Source: Owenia fusiformis (Eukaryota). Taken from it: a stretch of DNA of 64,000 nt. The notes under the pieces are model-generated. The model saw nothing but the letters and a program-made list of their open reading frames with translations, had not been told where the DNA came from and searched no databases. This document shows positions 44,887 to 59,500 of the stretch, piece after piece; position 1 is the first letter of the stretch; each line of letters begins with the position of its first letter. The position numbers and the translations under genes were made by a program. The stretch is from assembly GCA_903813345.2 (NCBI GenBank), contig CAIIXF020000001.1, positions 14,694,001-14,758,000 on the forward strand, in the 5' to 3' direction.

Positions 44887-47509
44887 CCCTACTAGGAGGA
44901 ACATGACAATGTCTTGGCTTATCATTTGCAATCAACTGAGTGAAATGAAATACAGGACAAATATTGCAGTTGCAATTTAAAAAGGTGGCGACGGAAGGAC
45001 TCTCATGAAGGAATGTGTTTCTAGTGAATGGAGCTATTTTGGAAGTGTTCATTGTGACTAATTTTGTGATAGATTGTACTTTTCAACAAAAGAAAGGAAT
45101 TTCAAGAAATGGGAGTGACAAGAGAATTGAACATTGAAAGATATCAGTGCTTTCCGATGATGTTTGTCCCTTAGGCTTCAGAATGAGTTGAAACCAAGTA
45201 ATACTTGTATTATATTTAATGTAAGCATTTGTAACAAAATAAAGGATGTTTTTGTATAAAAGTCTAAAAATTCTGTTGGAAACTATTATTATCCCATTGA
45301 TCTGCTGGAGAAGGATTTTCACTATGGTTGCTCTATTAAAACCAAACTTTATATGCTGATGCCTAGTAAGAGACATGATGATGGCCTCTGATTTCAAAAT
45401 GGCTGCCATTTTCCCTGCTCTGAAAATTGTAATTTTTAGCTTTAAATTTTAAATACTGGTTATCTGATCTGCTGATTTGCTCCACCTTTTATTGACTATC
45501 ATGTTATGATTACACTGGCATAGGACCTTTGTTTAAGAAGGAATTTCCAGTATGGTTCAATATTTGAAGCAAGGTGGGCATTTTGTAATTTCTGCACAAA
45601 CGGATTTATCGTGTGTCATAATTTTAAATCTGACCAATGTGAATAACAAGCTGTAGCCAAAATCCTAGAAAGGAGGGAAGTATTCATTTTCTAAAAAAAG
45701 ATGGCATTTATTAGATGGGAAATACAGAACATGAAAACTTACCAGTGTACATGTGAAATCAAAATACAAGATTTCATATCACCATCTGTAACAAAGCCCT
45801 TGGCTGATTTTGAGAAAACTGATTCATATAAAGTCAACAAGACAACGCCAAGTACAAACAAAGTCCATAATTGCAGATGTAAAGTATCAAACTCAAAAAC
45901 TCAGATGTGAGTAGGTAATTACGAGTTTCACCACCAGGTGGCTCGTTCGGGTCAGATAGCATGGCGGGTATAGTAGAAAGTTTCTTTTAACTTAGATTTT
46001 TATCTGTTTTAGTGGTTCAATTTTCATATCACCCTTGCGTATCTAATAGTTATGCAAATTAAAATATGTCCAGTAAAAGAAAATGTTACCTTTCCAATAC
46101 AAGAAAAGATATTTCACTTTTTGTGACTTCATGACATGGGGTCTATGGGGAATCTCCCCGAACTGGAAGATTTTCCAAAAAAATTAAATTTTCAAAGTTG
46201 ATAAACAATTTTCGAAACAATATTTCTAGATGTAGTTTTACATGTAGATTTCAAATATGACATCACTTTGCCTGACTTTTGAATATTTAATAATCAAACA
46301 TAAATTATAACATGTAGCCCAAATCTCCTGGTATTTCATGCCCTTGTAAGAACATTACATCACCCATTGATTATGCATCAAATCCCTGTTGTATGGATAA
46401 GCTAGTTAAAATAATTTCCTATTCATATGGGATATATTAAACTAGATGTAACAAGAGTATTGCCTTCAAAATACAACAACAAAGAAAATATGAACTTAAA
46501 TACAAAATATGTATTTCCAACATAAATTACAACAATATGCATCCATTCATGAACTTAATTGAACACATGCACAGTCAAAACAACAGTTAATAGTAATTAT
46601 ATAAGTATAATTGACAGTTGGCATCGTTTTTGGCATTTTGTTATACCACTCACTCCGAGACATTTTAGACAGAACATCTTACTTAAAAAATTACAAGCAA
46701 CAGAGTTAAGTCTGAAGATCTTGTAACTACCAACATGCATGAAGGTAGTTACTGGAATACTCTCAAGGAAAAGAAAATGATATGTTTTACAATGTTAACT
46801 TCTCAATGTGATGAGTTTATGATTACTGTTTAGCTTAGCTGACAGCAAATCTGCCTAAATGTTAAACAAAATTTATTGGTGAAAACTTTAAAAGATTTAA
46901 ACATTAAACTGTCCCTTGTACACAAATGACAAAAGTGTAAGCATTTTTAATGATGGGCTGGTTTTTAAAATTAGAAAAATAGCTATGATATATTTTGTGT
47001 CATTATACTGTTACATGACATCAAGCAACCAACAGTTTTCCATTTTCCTGATCAGACAATATCACCACTGTGCTGCTACCCCACTAGTAATCTAGTATAC
47101 ATGGATCAAATAACTTTCACCTATAATGCTTTTACAAAGCAATTTAACATGGATGAACTGTGATTACAAACTGCCATTTTACTCTGGGAATTTACAACTT
47201 GGTCAGAGTAAAAAACAAGCATTGACTTTACAAAGTCCAAATTTTAAAATTGTACTCCTGATTAGACAAGCAATGTTCTAAGTATGTTTTTCAGAATGTT
47301 TTTAAACATTTTCCTTCATTTCACAACGAAGTTTGGTTAATACATGCCTGGTGCAAAATATTAACAATGGGTCCTGGGGAATTTCCCCTCCACGTCCCTC
47401 ATGAAGCATCAAGCTAATGTAACAATTTATAGTAAATCTTGAACATACAATGGTACTTCTGGTGCAAATGTCCACACTTCCATCACTGCACAAGATCCTG
47501 AACATGTTG

Positions 47510-50500
47510 TTACTGCTGTTGAGTTGAGTTACCATTGTATGTTGACATATCTTCATCATCATCCTCCGAGGAAAACCTGTGGATATTTCCTTCTCTTCTA
47601 CTCACACCAGATTGTTTTCCACCACCAGGTCTTTTGTAAGCACTAAAAATCGATTAACACTATTGGATTAATTACTGGTTGAGATAGGGAGAAAGGAACA
47701 AATGTTTAGTTAACTAGCCTTGCCCAAATCGGTTTCTTTCACTTATCTTGATTTCTATTATGACCGGCGGTAATAATTCAAGATCAGATTAGTAAAAAAT
47801 ACCGACTTGGGCAAGGCTAGTAGTTAACCTACTAGAGAAAAATTTTCAGTTTGGGACTGGGGATGTCTTAGACGATCAACCTCTTAGACTTATGTGCTAT
47901 TTTACTCTGCCATGAATGAACCTTCAGAGGATTTATTTTAATACTTAGATTATCCTTTAAGCTGATCTAACATCTGATCTGAGCTGATCTAATTTTAGAG
48001 CAAGAGCCAATGTGAGTTTTTCAAAGATGGTTAAGATTCTAGTGTTAAGATGATTACAATTAGAGTTCATAAATTTTCTTTAAACCTCTTTTTGATGGTT
48101 ATTTTGAACAATTGCTTTGCTTATTAGAATGAATAGTACATTTGTAAAACTGAGTCAATGTCAAAAAAACTTAGTGAAAGCTTATATTCAAAGAAGCTTA
48201 CTTTTGTTGTGTAGTTGTAGGTTCACTACTAGGAGAAGACTGTTGCTGATTATATGCTCCTCGAGGGGATGGTGGGGCACCAAATAATAAATTTGTAAGG
48301 AATGTCCATATTGCAATAAAAGGTGCCAGTAGTATCATGAACCAGCTAGATGTTGATGTAGATTTTGAAACTGAAGTATTGCCAGATCCCTGTAAATATA
48401 AAACATAAGAGAGCGATCAGTATATAACAAGGTTTGGTAATCATAGTTTCGATCATTCCAGTTAATATCTCCTTGGACCAGGCTGTCAGATTCATTCGCC
48501 AGTTGGTTCAATTATAGTGGGATCAAATCTTTGTTCATTTTGGACTACATTCCAACTAATAATTGATGTTTCTTTATCAGACATCAAGAAAATCTATTCG
48601 ACCCAAAGACCCCCATTCACCTCTTGAAGTCAGGGTATTAAAATCAATCAATCACTCCAAGGAAAATGGTATAAATGGGAACAAGAGCTACATGCAGTAG
48701 ACATTATTGGAATTCCTACACCCAACTTAATAGGTCTCCTGCATCTCTGAGTGCACTATACTAAGGTTATGTTATAGTCATTAAATAAAAGAATTAGAAA
48801 CAAACCGGTAAAATAACGATGGCTGCTGATGGAGCAAGTTGCAGATCTAATAAGCTCTGGCTCATATCTCCTTGTGTGAATTCTCTTCTTGGAAAAGTGG
48901 TTGCCATGGTGAATTGTGGTATTCTGTTTTGAATTTGCTGGAACAAACAATTTTGTAATATTGGTTTTACTTAAACCATTGATTTCATTATTTACCAACA
49001 CAAAACTACAACCCCTCCCCTTTTATATTTTGAACTGCTGAGTTAGGCTATGCTTCTATATGTGATGAAAATAGATTGGTAACTTAGCGAGATATGTCAT
49101 ACGAGTTTCATAATTGTTGGTCAAAATTTCAGAATTTGAATTGGATTTGAAATTCAGCCCAGTTGCCAAGCTATTTTTCCATACATGTAGTGCTGTCACC
49201 AGGGTGCTAAATCATAATTTGACATGTTTTCTTCAAATTATCTCAATACAGTGAAACCTGTCTTAGTGAACCCCTCTCTCTCTCCATAGGTGTTCAATGT
49301 GCACAGGTTTTAATATTTTCAACATGGTATAGCCCAGATTGCTGTTATCCTGAGACGGATAAAAAATTAGCTGGTTTGGTTGGAAGTTACCAACTCTGTG
49401 CCTTTGGGCTGGTATTACGTGCCACCATGCTACCTCAAACCAAGATAACTAAGAAACAGAATGTGTACCTACCTCGGCTATGAAATCTCTAGCTGTTGAC
49501 AATGGCTGACTGGAGGGAAAGTTCTGGTTGACTGAGGATCCATCTGGTAACCTGAATTGTAGTCGAGCAGTTTCTCTAATGGAAAATAGAACATACATAA
49601 TCAATGTTTCAAAGTGAGTCTGCTTTAATCATATTGCATAATTGACATTAAGTGTCTTTGATTGCAGTTTCATTAGTTTCTAGGACCTTATCATACTTAT
49701 GAACCAATATATTTTAGTAGGTTCATAAGTGGTCTTTGAATGTACTTTCATGCATATCTGGAAAAAATATCAATTGTCTCAAAAGTAAGGAAGTCAAGAA
49801 TTTGTCAAGTTGGAGAGAGAAGTCGAGATAGTAATATTTTGTCACTGGAGAAGACTAGAATTTTAAGTAAAAATAAAAATGACCTTTCTCTACTGACTTA
49901 AAGGAATATTCCTGGCCAGACCATTTCTCTCCTAATATGGTAGCTTTAACCATATATATACTTTCCATATTTAGCAAAACAGGGAAAAATGTTTTGATAT
50001 GGTCAATATTGATCACATGAAAATGTAGTGCCGAATTCCAGAAGGCTGCCATCTTTTAATATTTCACTCAGGACGTGATGTCATCGACTCTCAACTTTGC
50101 ATATAACACTATAAGGAGCTATTAGGAATTACAAAACCAGCTGAATATTCTTTTTCAATTTTGTCTATGATTTAATCCTTCTAAAATTCTCTTCTTTTAT
50201 TCTAAGCTGACAAGCTCTGAACATATTTTTGCGCATAAAGTAAGGATCACTTGTCTAGAAGTGATATTGTGCTATTTTCCTATACTGTTATATGCATGGT
50301 CATGAAAGTTGAGAGTCGATGACATCACTTCCTGAGTAAAATCTTAAAAGATGGCAGCTTACTGGAAATGAGCACTTCATTTTTGAATTATCATTATTAG
50401 TGGTCGGACTCGCCTGAAAATCTCCACTCGAGTGGGCCATGAAAAACCACGATTTTACTCGCGATTTGACTTAGTTGAGTTACTTCCGGTTTCAGTTTCC

Positions 50501-53500
50501 CAAGTAGCGGCAGAATTCATCAATTTGATCAAGTCTTTCAAGTGCCTCTATACTTTTTATTGTCTAAATCGTATTGCACATCCCTATAGATCGTTAAAGT
50601 TCACCCCTAGTCCCCTATAGATAGTAAAACTTACCAGATAAATAGTGAAAACAAACTTCGTCAATCCATAAAGTTCCAGGATGCACCGCGGTAGACAAAT
50701 TTTAAAATTCCCGGCTGTTGGATATTCCCAGAATGCATCAAACCGGAAATGAAACTTTGGCATAAAAATAACGAACGCAGAATAAAATCCAAGTATGTTT
50801 GTCTTCCGCACATGGCATTAAATAGAAAATAAGTTGTATTCTATACAGATTAAGCAGAACATTACAACTATAAGCACGAGAATTGCAAATAGGAGAGACG
50901 AATCGCGAGTCAAGGTAAGGTGAAAACGAGTGAAAAATATTTTTTTGGTAAAAATTTCAAATCGTGAGTTCAAGTTTTCAACTCGATCAATTGATTTTTA
51001 GGACAAATGCGAGTAAAACTCGAGTACACGAGTCAGTCTTCCAACCACTAATCATTATTGACTATATCAAAACATTTCCCCATGTTTTGCTAAACATGGA
51101 AAGTATATATATATATGATTATAGCTATCACATCAGGATAGAAAAGGTTGGCCAGGAATGTTCCTCTAACAATTAATCTAACCCTAACTCTAGTGAGCAG
51201 AGTCAACATGCTTCACTGAATTTAAAATCCTGCAATACCTTCTTTTTGCCTGGTCTATGGCTGATGTAGCCTCCTCATTGGCCTGCCTCGCCTGCACTCG
51301 TTCTTGAATTTCTTTCTCCTTTATAGACTTCTCTTTGGCATATTTTTCACTTCTCTCAGCCCTGAAATTAACGAATACTAGATATGTAGCAAGTCCCATA
51401 TCTCCTTATAAATAGCACTACATTGTATGTTTGCAATTGTATAGAAATAAAACATAAGTATATACTATTCTATACTATAATAAATTTGTCAATGGTCATG
51501 TTAATACCTATCTCTAGCAATTTGTGCTTTCACTCGTTCTCTGGCAAGCCTGGCATCCTCTTTATCTTTCCGTAGCTGTTCTTTAATGTCATTCTGTTCT
51601 CTGTCCCGTTGCCACTCTCTCAGTTTCCCAACACTTTGTCCTTGCTTCCTACGCTCAATCTCTCTCTGCTTTGCTTCCTCTTTCTCTTTGAGGGCCTTTT
51701 CTGCTTGCTTCTGTTGAATCAACTGTTTTGCTCTAAAAAACATTTCGCATCACTTTTGATCGCAAATGATTTTTTGTTAAATGATACAATTGGCCAAATT
51801 ATCAATGGATTGAATTGGATTTTTGACAGGTCTCAGTGTTTTCCCCCAAAATTTTCAACTGGGTGCAATTTTCAAGTCTGAAAAAATCGACGCCCACTAC
51901 ACCCGCAATATCACCCACCGCAAGTGGGTCCTTACTTCACTCATTTTGCAAATCAGAAGTTGGAGTGCAGGGTGCTAATTTGGGGGCCTTTGGTTTCAAG
52001 TAGAGGGCCCCCCCTGGTAAAAGTGACATGGGGAGATCACTGGGTCTTTTGAGAGTCACACTGTTAACTCTTAAATATCTTTTCATAGTGAAGAGCCCTA
52101 TATTGTGGTTCAGCACAGAGTAAATGATTGCCCATTGGGTGTTGATCAATCACAGATAAGGTAAAATAATTCCATCAAAATTAGTTTAATAAATCTGATA
52201 AGTTAAACATACAATTTGCATTTATAATGTATGCCAATCGGTCAAAACATTTAATATCACATGAATAATCTTTACAAATTTGGTTTAAAATCAACAAACC
52301 TTTCAACCTTCTCTTCTTTACTTAATGCAGATGCTTGACTTTGTGTTGGTTCTGTTGTATCATCTGCAGGAGGTGATTCAGCACTATTAGCTACTGGGGT
52401 AGTGGCAGCATCTGCAGAAGCAGCCTCTACAGGTGGAGTTACGATGTTGTCATTTGTGGGAGGTGATATGTTTGCTGATGATGTAGTAGGGGGACTCTCA
52501 ACTTGCTTTGAAGTGGTATCAGGGGGAGTCTGAGCAGTAGCACTAGCACCAGAAGCAGTTTTCTGAGATTTGAACATCTGCAAGTAAAATAATAATTTTT
52601 TAAATGAACGTCTAAGATGGGTCCTTCTGTACTTCTCCACTAAACATTCATTGTGGTATGGATTAGTGCAAATAAATGTAACTTTAAGGAAATGAAGGAT
52701 GATTTAATTTTGAATAGTGACTCAGGTTTTAATGAGACAAAATATAGAAATGATACGAGGTGACAAAATTGATCCATCATGATGCTTTCTTATCAAAATG
52801 TTAAGTTCTTGAAGTTGTAATTATTTTGTGACTTAAAATATATTAATCCTGTTCCTTATGTATTCAATTTCCCAATGAGATTCTACACTAATTTACTTCA
52901 TAAATAGTCCCCATACCTGGATACAGACTTTACCTACCTCACTGACATTCCTCAGTTTTTCAAGTAGAACCTTTGGTTCTAAAAACCCAGCAAGGACCTC
53001 TAATGGAACACCATTCTCACCAATAAAGTAGCAAGATGGTACAGTTAATACTGGATCTGAACCATTGTTAAGAAAATCCTATTCAATATTTTCCCCATTT
53101 ATTTATTTTTTTTTATTTTTATTTATTTATTTATTCATATATATTTCAACATCAAATGTACAGTAAACGGGTGACACTTCTCGTGTATATTCCCGTGTTT
53201 ATAATCATGAAATGTACAGATTGGGGATCTGCTTGTGTGATGAATGCTACTATCTATGTCTGACTAAGAATGTGTCATATAATGCCCACTATGGTTATCT
53301 GAAATTGATATTATTGATTGATAAAATATTTTTTCAATTCTTTTTTCATAATAAAAATACTTCCAGATGATGTTATTTCAATAGGTAATGAATTCCAAAT
53401 TGATGGTGCAGTAAAAGATATCAAGGCTTCACCATAATTTGTTCGAATTTTGGGTTTGTCATAGTTTACCCTATTTCGGGTGTTGTAAGCATGTCTCTCT

Positions 53501-56500
53501 TGGATGGTACTGAAGAGGTTTGGAAAAATTTTATGATAATTATGGAGTTCATTAATCCATTTGTACATGAAAATGCATTTCAACTGCTTATTAATATCAA
53601 ATATATTCAAAATGTTCAGTTGTTTGAATAGGGGAAGGGAATGTGCTCTGTAGTTACTGTTTGTTGCAATACGTGTAAATTTTTTCTGCAAAATATGAAG
53701 GGAGTTTAACAAACCACTACCCGCTTCACCCCAGATAAGATTGCCATATATCAAATAAGAGTAAATAAGGGAATAATAGATGCTTAAGAATGCTTTATCA
53801 TTTAACAGTTGTTTGACCCTATATAGAATACCAATGGTTCTGGAGATTTTAGCATTAACGGACATAATATGACGTTTCCAGTTTAAGTTTTGATCAATTG
53901 TAATGCCAAGAAAATTAATGCTATCAACCTGCTGAAGCTTCTTTTTATTAAGATAGATGTTTATGTTATTTGCATTATATCTTTTTTGACTTGAGGTGAA
54001 AATAATATATTTTGTTTTATCCGCATTAAGGGATAATTTATTAGTGATAAGCCACTCCTCTATTAGTTTTAGTTCAGTATTGAGAATATCAGCAAGTTCA
54101 GTTAGATTTTTACCTTTTATCAATTAATTGGTATCATCCGCGAATAAAACAAAAAACAATCGTGGAGAAGAAAGGTAAATGTCATTTATGTACAGAATAA
54201 AGAAAAGTGGTCCAAGAATTGAACCTTGAGGGATTCCACACGTGATAAATTCAGGCTCAGATAAGGTATTGTTGTAAAATGTTTTCTGAATTCTGTGTGT
54301 AAAATAGCTTTTTTTGTATAAATTTATATTTAATGAATTCATTGATATTTATTAAACATTCTGATTAATAATAATTATAAAAAAAGATCTAAATTTAAAA
54401 ATTTAAAGAGGCAATGAGGACTGTAGAGAAAATAGGAAAGTTTTTTTCATTTTTTCTGAGCTAATGACAAGGCAATATTTGGTTTAACATCTTCTTTGAC
54501 ATACCTATTTTCTTAAAATGTATGGATAAATTATCAATTGTAAGAAAAAGTGTAAATTCAGTTCAAAGCTTCAAAAAGGGGACTTCCACTTTTATATTTT
54601 TAAGATCCACCATGTTTCAAGAGGAATATCAGCTAAAATAATGTTTATCTAAGGGGTTTCTTTGTAGATAATAAAAATAGATGTTAGTCTTGATGAAATA
54701 TCCAAACTTAAATATATTTTGACACTGGTCTATGATCGTTGAATGACCCCTCTGCACTAATTATTGCACCTTTAAACATACTGGCCATACCAGTATTAAC
54801 TTCATTTTCACCCTATTTGCCTTATAATTTTTTATTCAAAATGAAGTGATGATTTTTCTGAAAAACTTAGATTGCCTAGATCTAATGTTTTGCCAGTAAC
54901 GATTTTATACTTTGAAACATGAGAATTTAATGCATGCAACCATGGAAAATTTAAGTCATTGATGGTTAAATATGCAAATCTTTTAAAATCTCATGAAAAC
55001 CTGGACTTCAATGAGATTTCAAAGCAATAGACAAATGCTCTATTAAACAAAGGATACAAATCTGACAGAACTGGGCAGATCCTTCACTGAAACAAGAAAA
55101 TAATAAAATCATTTCATTTATTTACATCAAGTTCAGTGATTGGTAATGGTGATTCTCACTTTTATGATGCAATTATAGAAAAATAAAAAACAAATCTTAA
55201 CTTAAACTATGGCTTGGGATATTATATAAATGTATATAAAAGTATTTAAAAGCTATCAATATTTGAGAAATCGTGATATAATTCCAGAATCCTGCTCTTG
55301 ACATTCTCAATCCTTCAAAACCTTTGTTCTGCAGGAATGTTATATGCAGTTCTCCAACTTCTTAGTAGATCTACATGTACCTGTTTGCTTGTAGCTTAAG
55401 TCCAACACATTGTTTTTCACATCTTTCAGACACAGCCTCATCTTCCCATGTTTTGTCCATATTCTTTGATATATCATCCACACCTGAAGCAATATATAAC
55501 AAAGATAAGAATTTTAATTTATTTGGAAAAATATATATATTTTTGTCCTTTAAGTGACTTGAGCCCCCCCCCATAACAGGCCTGTTGCAATATACATTGA
55601 AACCTGTCTTATTCAAATGCCACTGGCCAAAAGCGTTGGAATTGGCAGGTGTTTGGATTGGCAGGTGTTCACAATTTAAAGTTCTTTAACATGCAAGTAC
55701 AGTATATGGTAGCTTAAAAAATTAGACTGAAAAAACTGTTGAATTGAGATAATTAGAAAAAACTTATTCCTCGTTCACCAGCCATTTCAAAGATACTATA
55801 CATGTATTTAGAATATTATGTGAGTGGTAAATTATAACTAAATGAGATAAGTTAAACATATCAGCTTGAATATGAAATGTCCCGATGGCTGAGTAAGAGT
55901 AAGTAAGAGTGTTTTGATACTTCATAGAAAAATTATAACTGCGTAAACTCTATATTATTTAAAGCATTATAATTTTGTCAGTTGAATGAAAATGTAAAAA
56001 TCATATAAATCTGCATATTGCATTCATTTTTCCATAAACTGATTTAAATGGCATATTTTTCTGCAGTTTGGGAGAGTTATTTTCGGCTATTTTCGTTGTT
56101 CAAATGTTTATTCCCGAAGTCAAATGTATTTTCTGAGAATGCGACGCCACTCCAGATGACATCACATCAGAGATTACCGAGAAACACCATGACGTTTCTT
56201 TAAAATCCTGTAGAAACAATAAGAACGTTTTGTTAGGCTACGAGATCCTTTACTTTCATTGGCTGTTTGTTGCGATGTGACGTAATATGAGCGACGAACA
56301 ACACTGCCAGTTACCAAAGCACTCCATTATCTTTACCATGGGCTTTCAACTAGGCCCATGTCTTTACAGTCTGAAAATTTGAAATAAATGTCCCGGCGGA
56401 AAATTCGATTTTAAAGCATCAATAATGGATATCATGCAACCATTCGAACTAATACATAAAGATTACAGGGTAAATATTGATCGCTCAATGTTTGAGAGAT

Positions 56501-59500
56501 GGAAGAGATAAAGCTCAGTGCAAGCATCATATTTTTGGGTGGTCATTTTTTGATATAGCATTTTTGGTTTATGTCTTATCTTCCCATTTATTCTTTGAGC
56601 CTACTACCAATATGGGGCTGGATCTGGCTCCAGATCTGTGACGAACTCCAATGCAGTGTCTCGGTATAGACACTGCGGCGGGCAGATGAAGCATTAAATC
56701 CCCAAAATTTGGGGAAAATTGTTCCCCTTTTCATCGCATATGTGGTCAATTTTCACACAACTTATAAAATACGTAAAGGCTAGAGTACCGACAATTGTCG
56801 GTACTCTAGACTCTGATGTGGTGGCACGCTAGAGGACCGACAAATAAATTGTCGGTACGGGAGATATGCTGTGTTTACATGCTAGAGGACCGACAAATAA
56901 TATTTTTGATTTTCAAATTTTCTGGCGCATGCGCAATGCGCGGGAGGATATTTCAGATATCATACGGATATTTGGGAACAAGTGCAAAACCCGGGGAGGG
57001 CATTAGCCATGGTTACCCGGGGATTACCAAACCCAGTCAAAAAATGGTAGCCAGGGAACAGGGAATGGTAGTAAACGTTGAAAACGCAATAAAAAACATG
57101 AACAAGTAAGACGTGAGAGAGCTATTAATGCAGAGTAAACAGCTATATATATTCTAAACAGACAGGATATTTCTCCTGAGCCGATCAGGCGTAGAAAGTG
57201 GCGTTTGCTACCCATTAGATAGAAGAAAATAGCTAGAATGTTTTTTATTTGAAGCTTAAAGCACAATTTTTGATGGACGTTGCATTTGGCTCCCTTAGTT
57301 AATGGCCACGATTCCATCTCGCATGAGAGAGCTACCAAATGCAAAGTGAACAGTGATATATTCCAAATGAGATATTCTCCTGTGCCTTGGCGTAGCAAGG
57401 GTAGAGATCGACGAAGGCCAACGCATCCCCTCCCCTAACTGTATATATCGGCGACCCATTAGATAGAACAAGAAAAGAGCTTTAAAATGTTTTTTAATTG
57501 AAGTTTGTAGGACAATTTTGATGGAAGTTGAATCAATTTTTGTCGAAATAAATTATGGCTACAGGTACGATTCCATACTGCAAAAGGAGCACTATGCCGG
57601 TCCTGTCAGGATTCGAACTCGGGACCGGGTGTGTTCGAGTCGTGCTCGCTAACCACTAGGCTACCAGTGATGAGGTTATTTCTAAAGGTAAAAGTAGTGC
57701 ATTTATTTATGAAATTGTCGGCTCTCTAGCAAAATCACGTAGGAGCCACTTGCGTACCGACAAATCGGTTCTCTATCTGGCACTACTAGGTGACGATAGA
57801 GTGCCGACAATTGTCGGTACCCCAGCAAATACCCCTGGACAGCCTCCAGTACCGACAATTGTCGGTCCTGGAGCCACTCCGTATAAAATATGTATTCATG
57901 AATGTTCCCCAAACATTATTTTGTCAAAAATATTTCAAAATTATTGAAATATGAGAAGAAATCATCGCGGAAAGAATTCTGAGTAAAAGTTGTGTTAATA
58001 ATAGTTTACCGCAACTGTTGTTTATTAGTTAAAGGGGCAATAAGGCTTGTAGAGTGAAAATTGGAAAATTTTAACTTTTTCTGAGCTATCAAGGCAACCA
58101 TTGGCTTAACATCCTCTTTGACATACCTATTTTCTTAAAATGTATGGATAAACTATCAATTTCGGCATTAAAAAGTGTAAATTCAGTTCAAAGCTTCAAA
58201 AAAGGGGACGTCCACTTTTATATTTTTAAGATCCACGATGTTTCAAGAGGAACATAGCCCTCACCCAACCATGCCGGACATCAACATCACCCAAGAAGGA
58301 GTCCGGAAGATGCTTGAAGGCCTGAACCCCAACAAGGCTAGTGGCCCAGACTCAATACCATCTCGAGTCTTGAAGGAGCTGGCATCTGACATCGCCATGC
58401 CGCTCACACTAATCTTCCAGCGGTCACTAGATCAAGGCAAAATACCAGCTGACTGGAAGAAAGCCACAATATGCCCCGTCTACAAGAAGGGTGAACGATA
58501 CAAGGCCTCCAACTACAGACCAGTGTCCCTTACCTGCATATGTTGCAAGCTTGCTGAACATCTTCTAGTTAGCAACATGATGCAGTTTCTTGAGACCAAT
58601 GGGATCCTGTATGACTTGCAACATGGTTTCAGGAGTAAGAGGTCATGTGAAACACAACTTGTCACCTTTTTCCATGACCTTGTACTGGCGAATGACACTA
58701 ATCACCAGACTGATGTCATAGTGATGGACTTTGCAAAGGCATTTGACAAAGTATCACATCGCCACCTGCTTTACAAACTCCAATACTACGGTATCAGAGG
58801 TCAGGCCAACTACTGGATCAAAGACTTCCTGCAAGCAAGAACCCAAAGAGTTAGTGTAGATGGAGTGACATCGGATGAGGCAGCTGTAACATCAGGAGTC
58901 CCCCAGGGGACTGTCCTCGGTCCGATCCTCTTCCTCATTTACATTAACGACTTACCTGATGTCCTGCAACATAGTACCTTGAGGCTTTTTGCAGATGACA
59001 GCATCATTTACAGACAAGTTGATTCACCACTCGATGCAGCATTACTACAAGAAGACCTTAATGCTGCAGTAGCCTGGGAAAATCAATGGCTGATGCAATT
59101 CCACCCAGACAAGTGCACTGTGCTGTCGGCAACTGGAAGACGAACACCTGCTGTCTCCATCTACAACATGCAGGGACATGCCCTCAAACAGGTATCGTCT
59201 GCAGAATATCTTGGTGTTACAGTGCAGGCAGACCTTAAGTGGAACCAGCATATTGCTAAATCCATAACCAAGAGTAACCAGCTCCTTGGCATGCTGAGAC
59301 GTCATTTATGGAAAGCTCCTCAACATACTAAGCAGACTGCATATTTCACCCTGATTAGACCAAGGCTTGAATATGCAGGCTGTGTCTGGGACCCTTACAC
59401 ATCAACCCAAAAACAAGCTCTGGAGATGACCCAGCGAAGAGCAGCACGGTATGTCATGAATGACTTCAACCGTGTTAGCTCTGTCGGTGCTATGCTGTCC

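Larger units (their letters stand above)
53057..55057 (-). other. U12-type GT-AG intron in UBXN4
   Basis: Perfect 5' site GTATCCTTT after a 29-nt exon; branch TTCTTAAC (53074-53067) about 10 nt before the AG. Confidence 0.9.

Noticed and set aside
45931-45944. CTCF-like CCACCAGGTGGCTC between convergent TRAPPC5 and UBXN4
   Set aside because: A single short motif that could occur by chance; no supporting evidence.
57595-57668. Functional tRNA gene
   Set aside because: A and B boxes are present, but the cloverleaf stems do not pair. The same applies at about 62790-62865 and 4270-4345.
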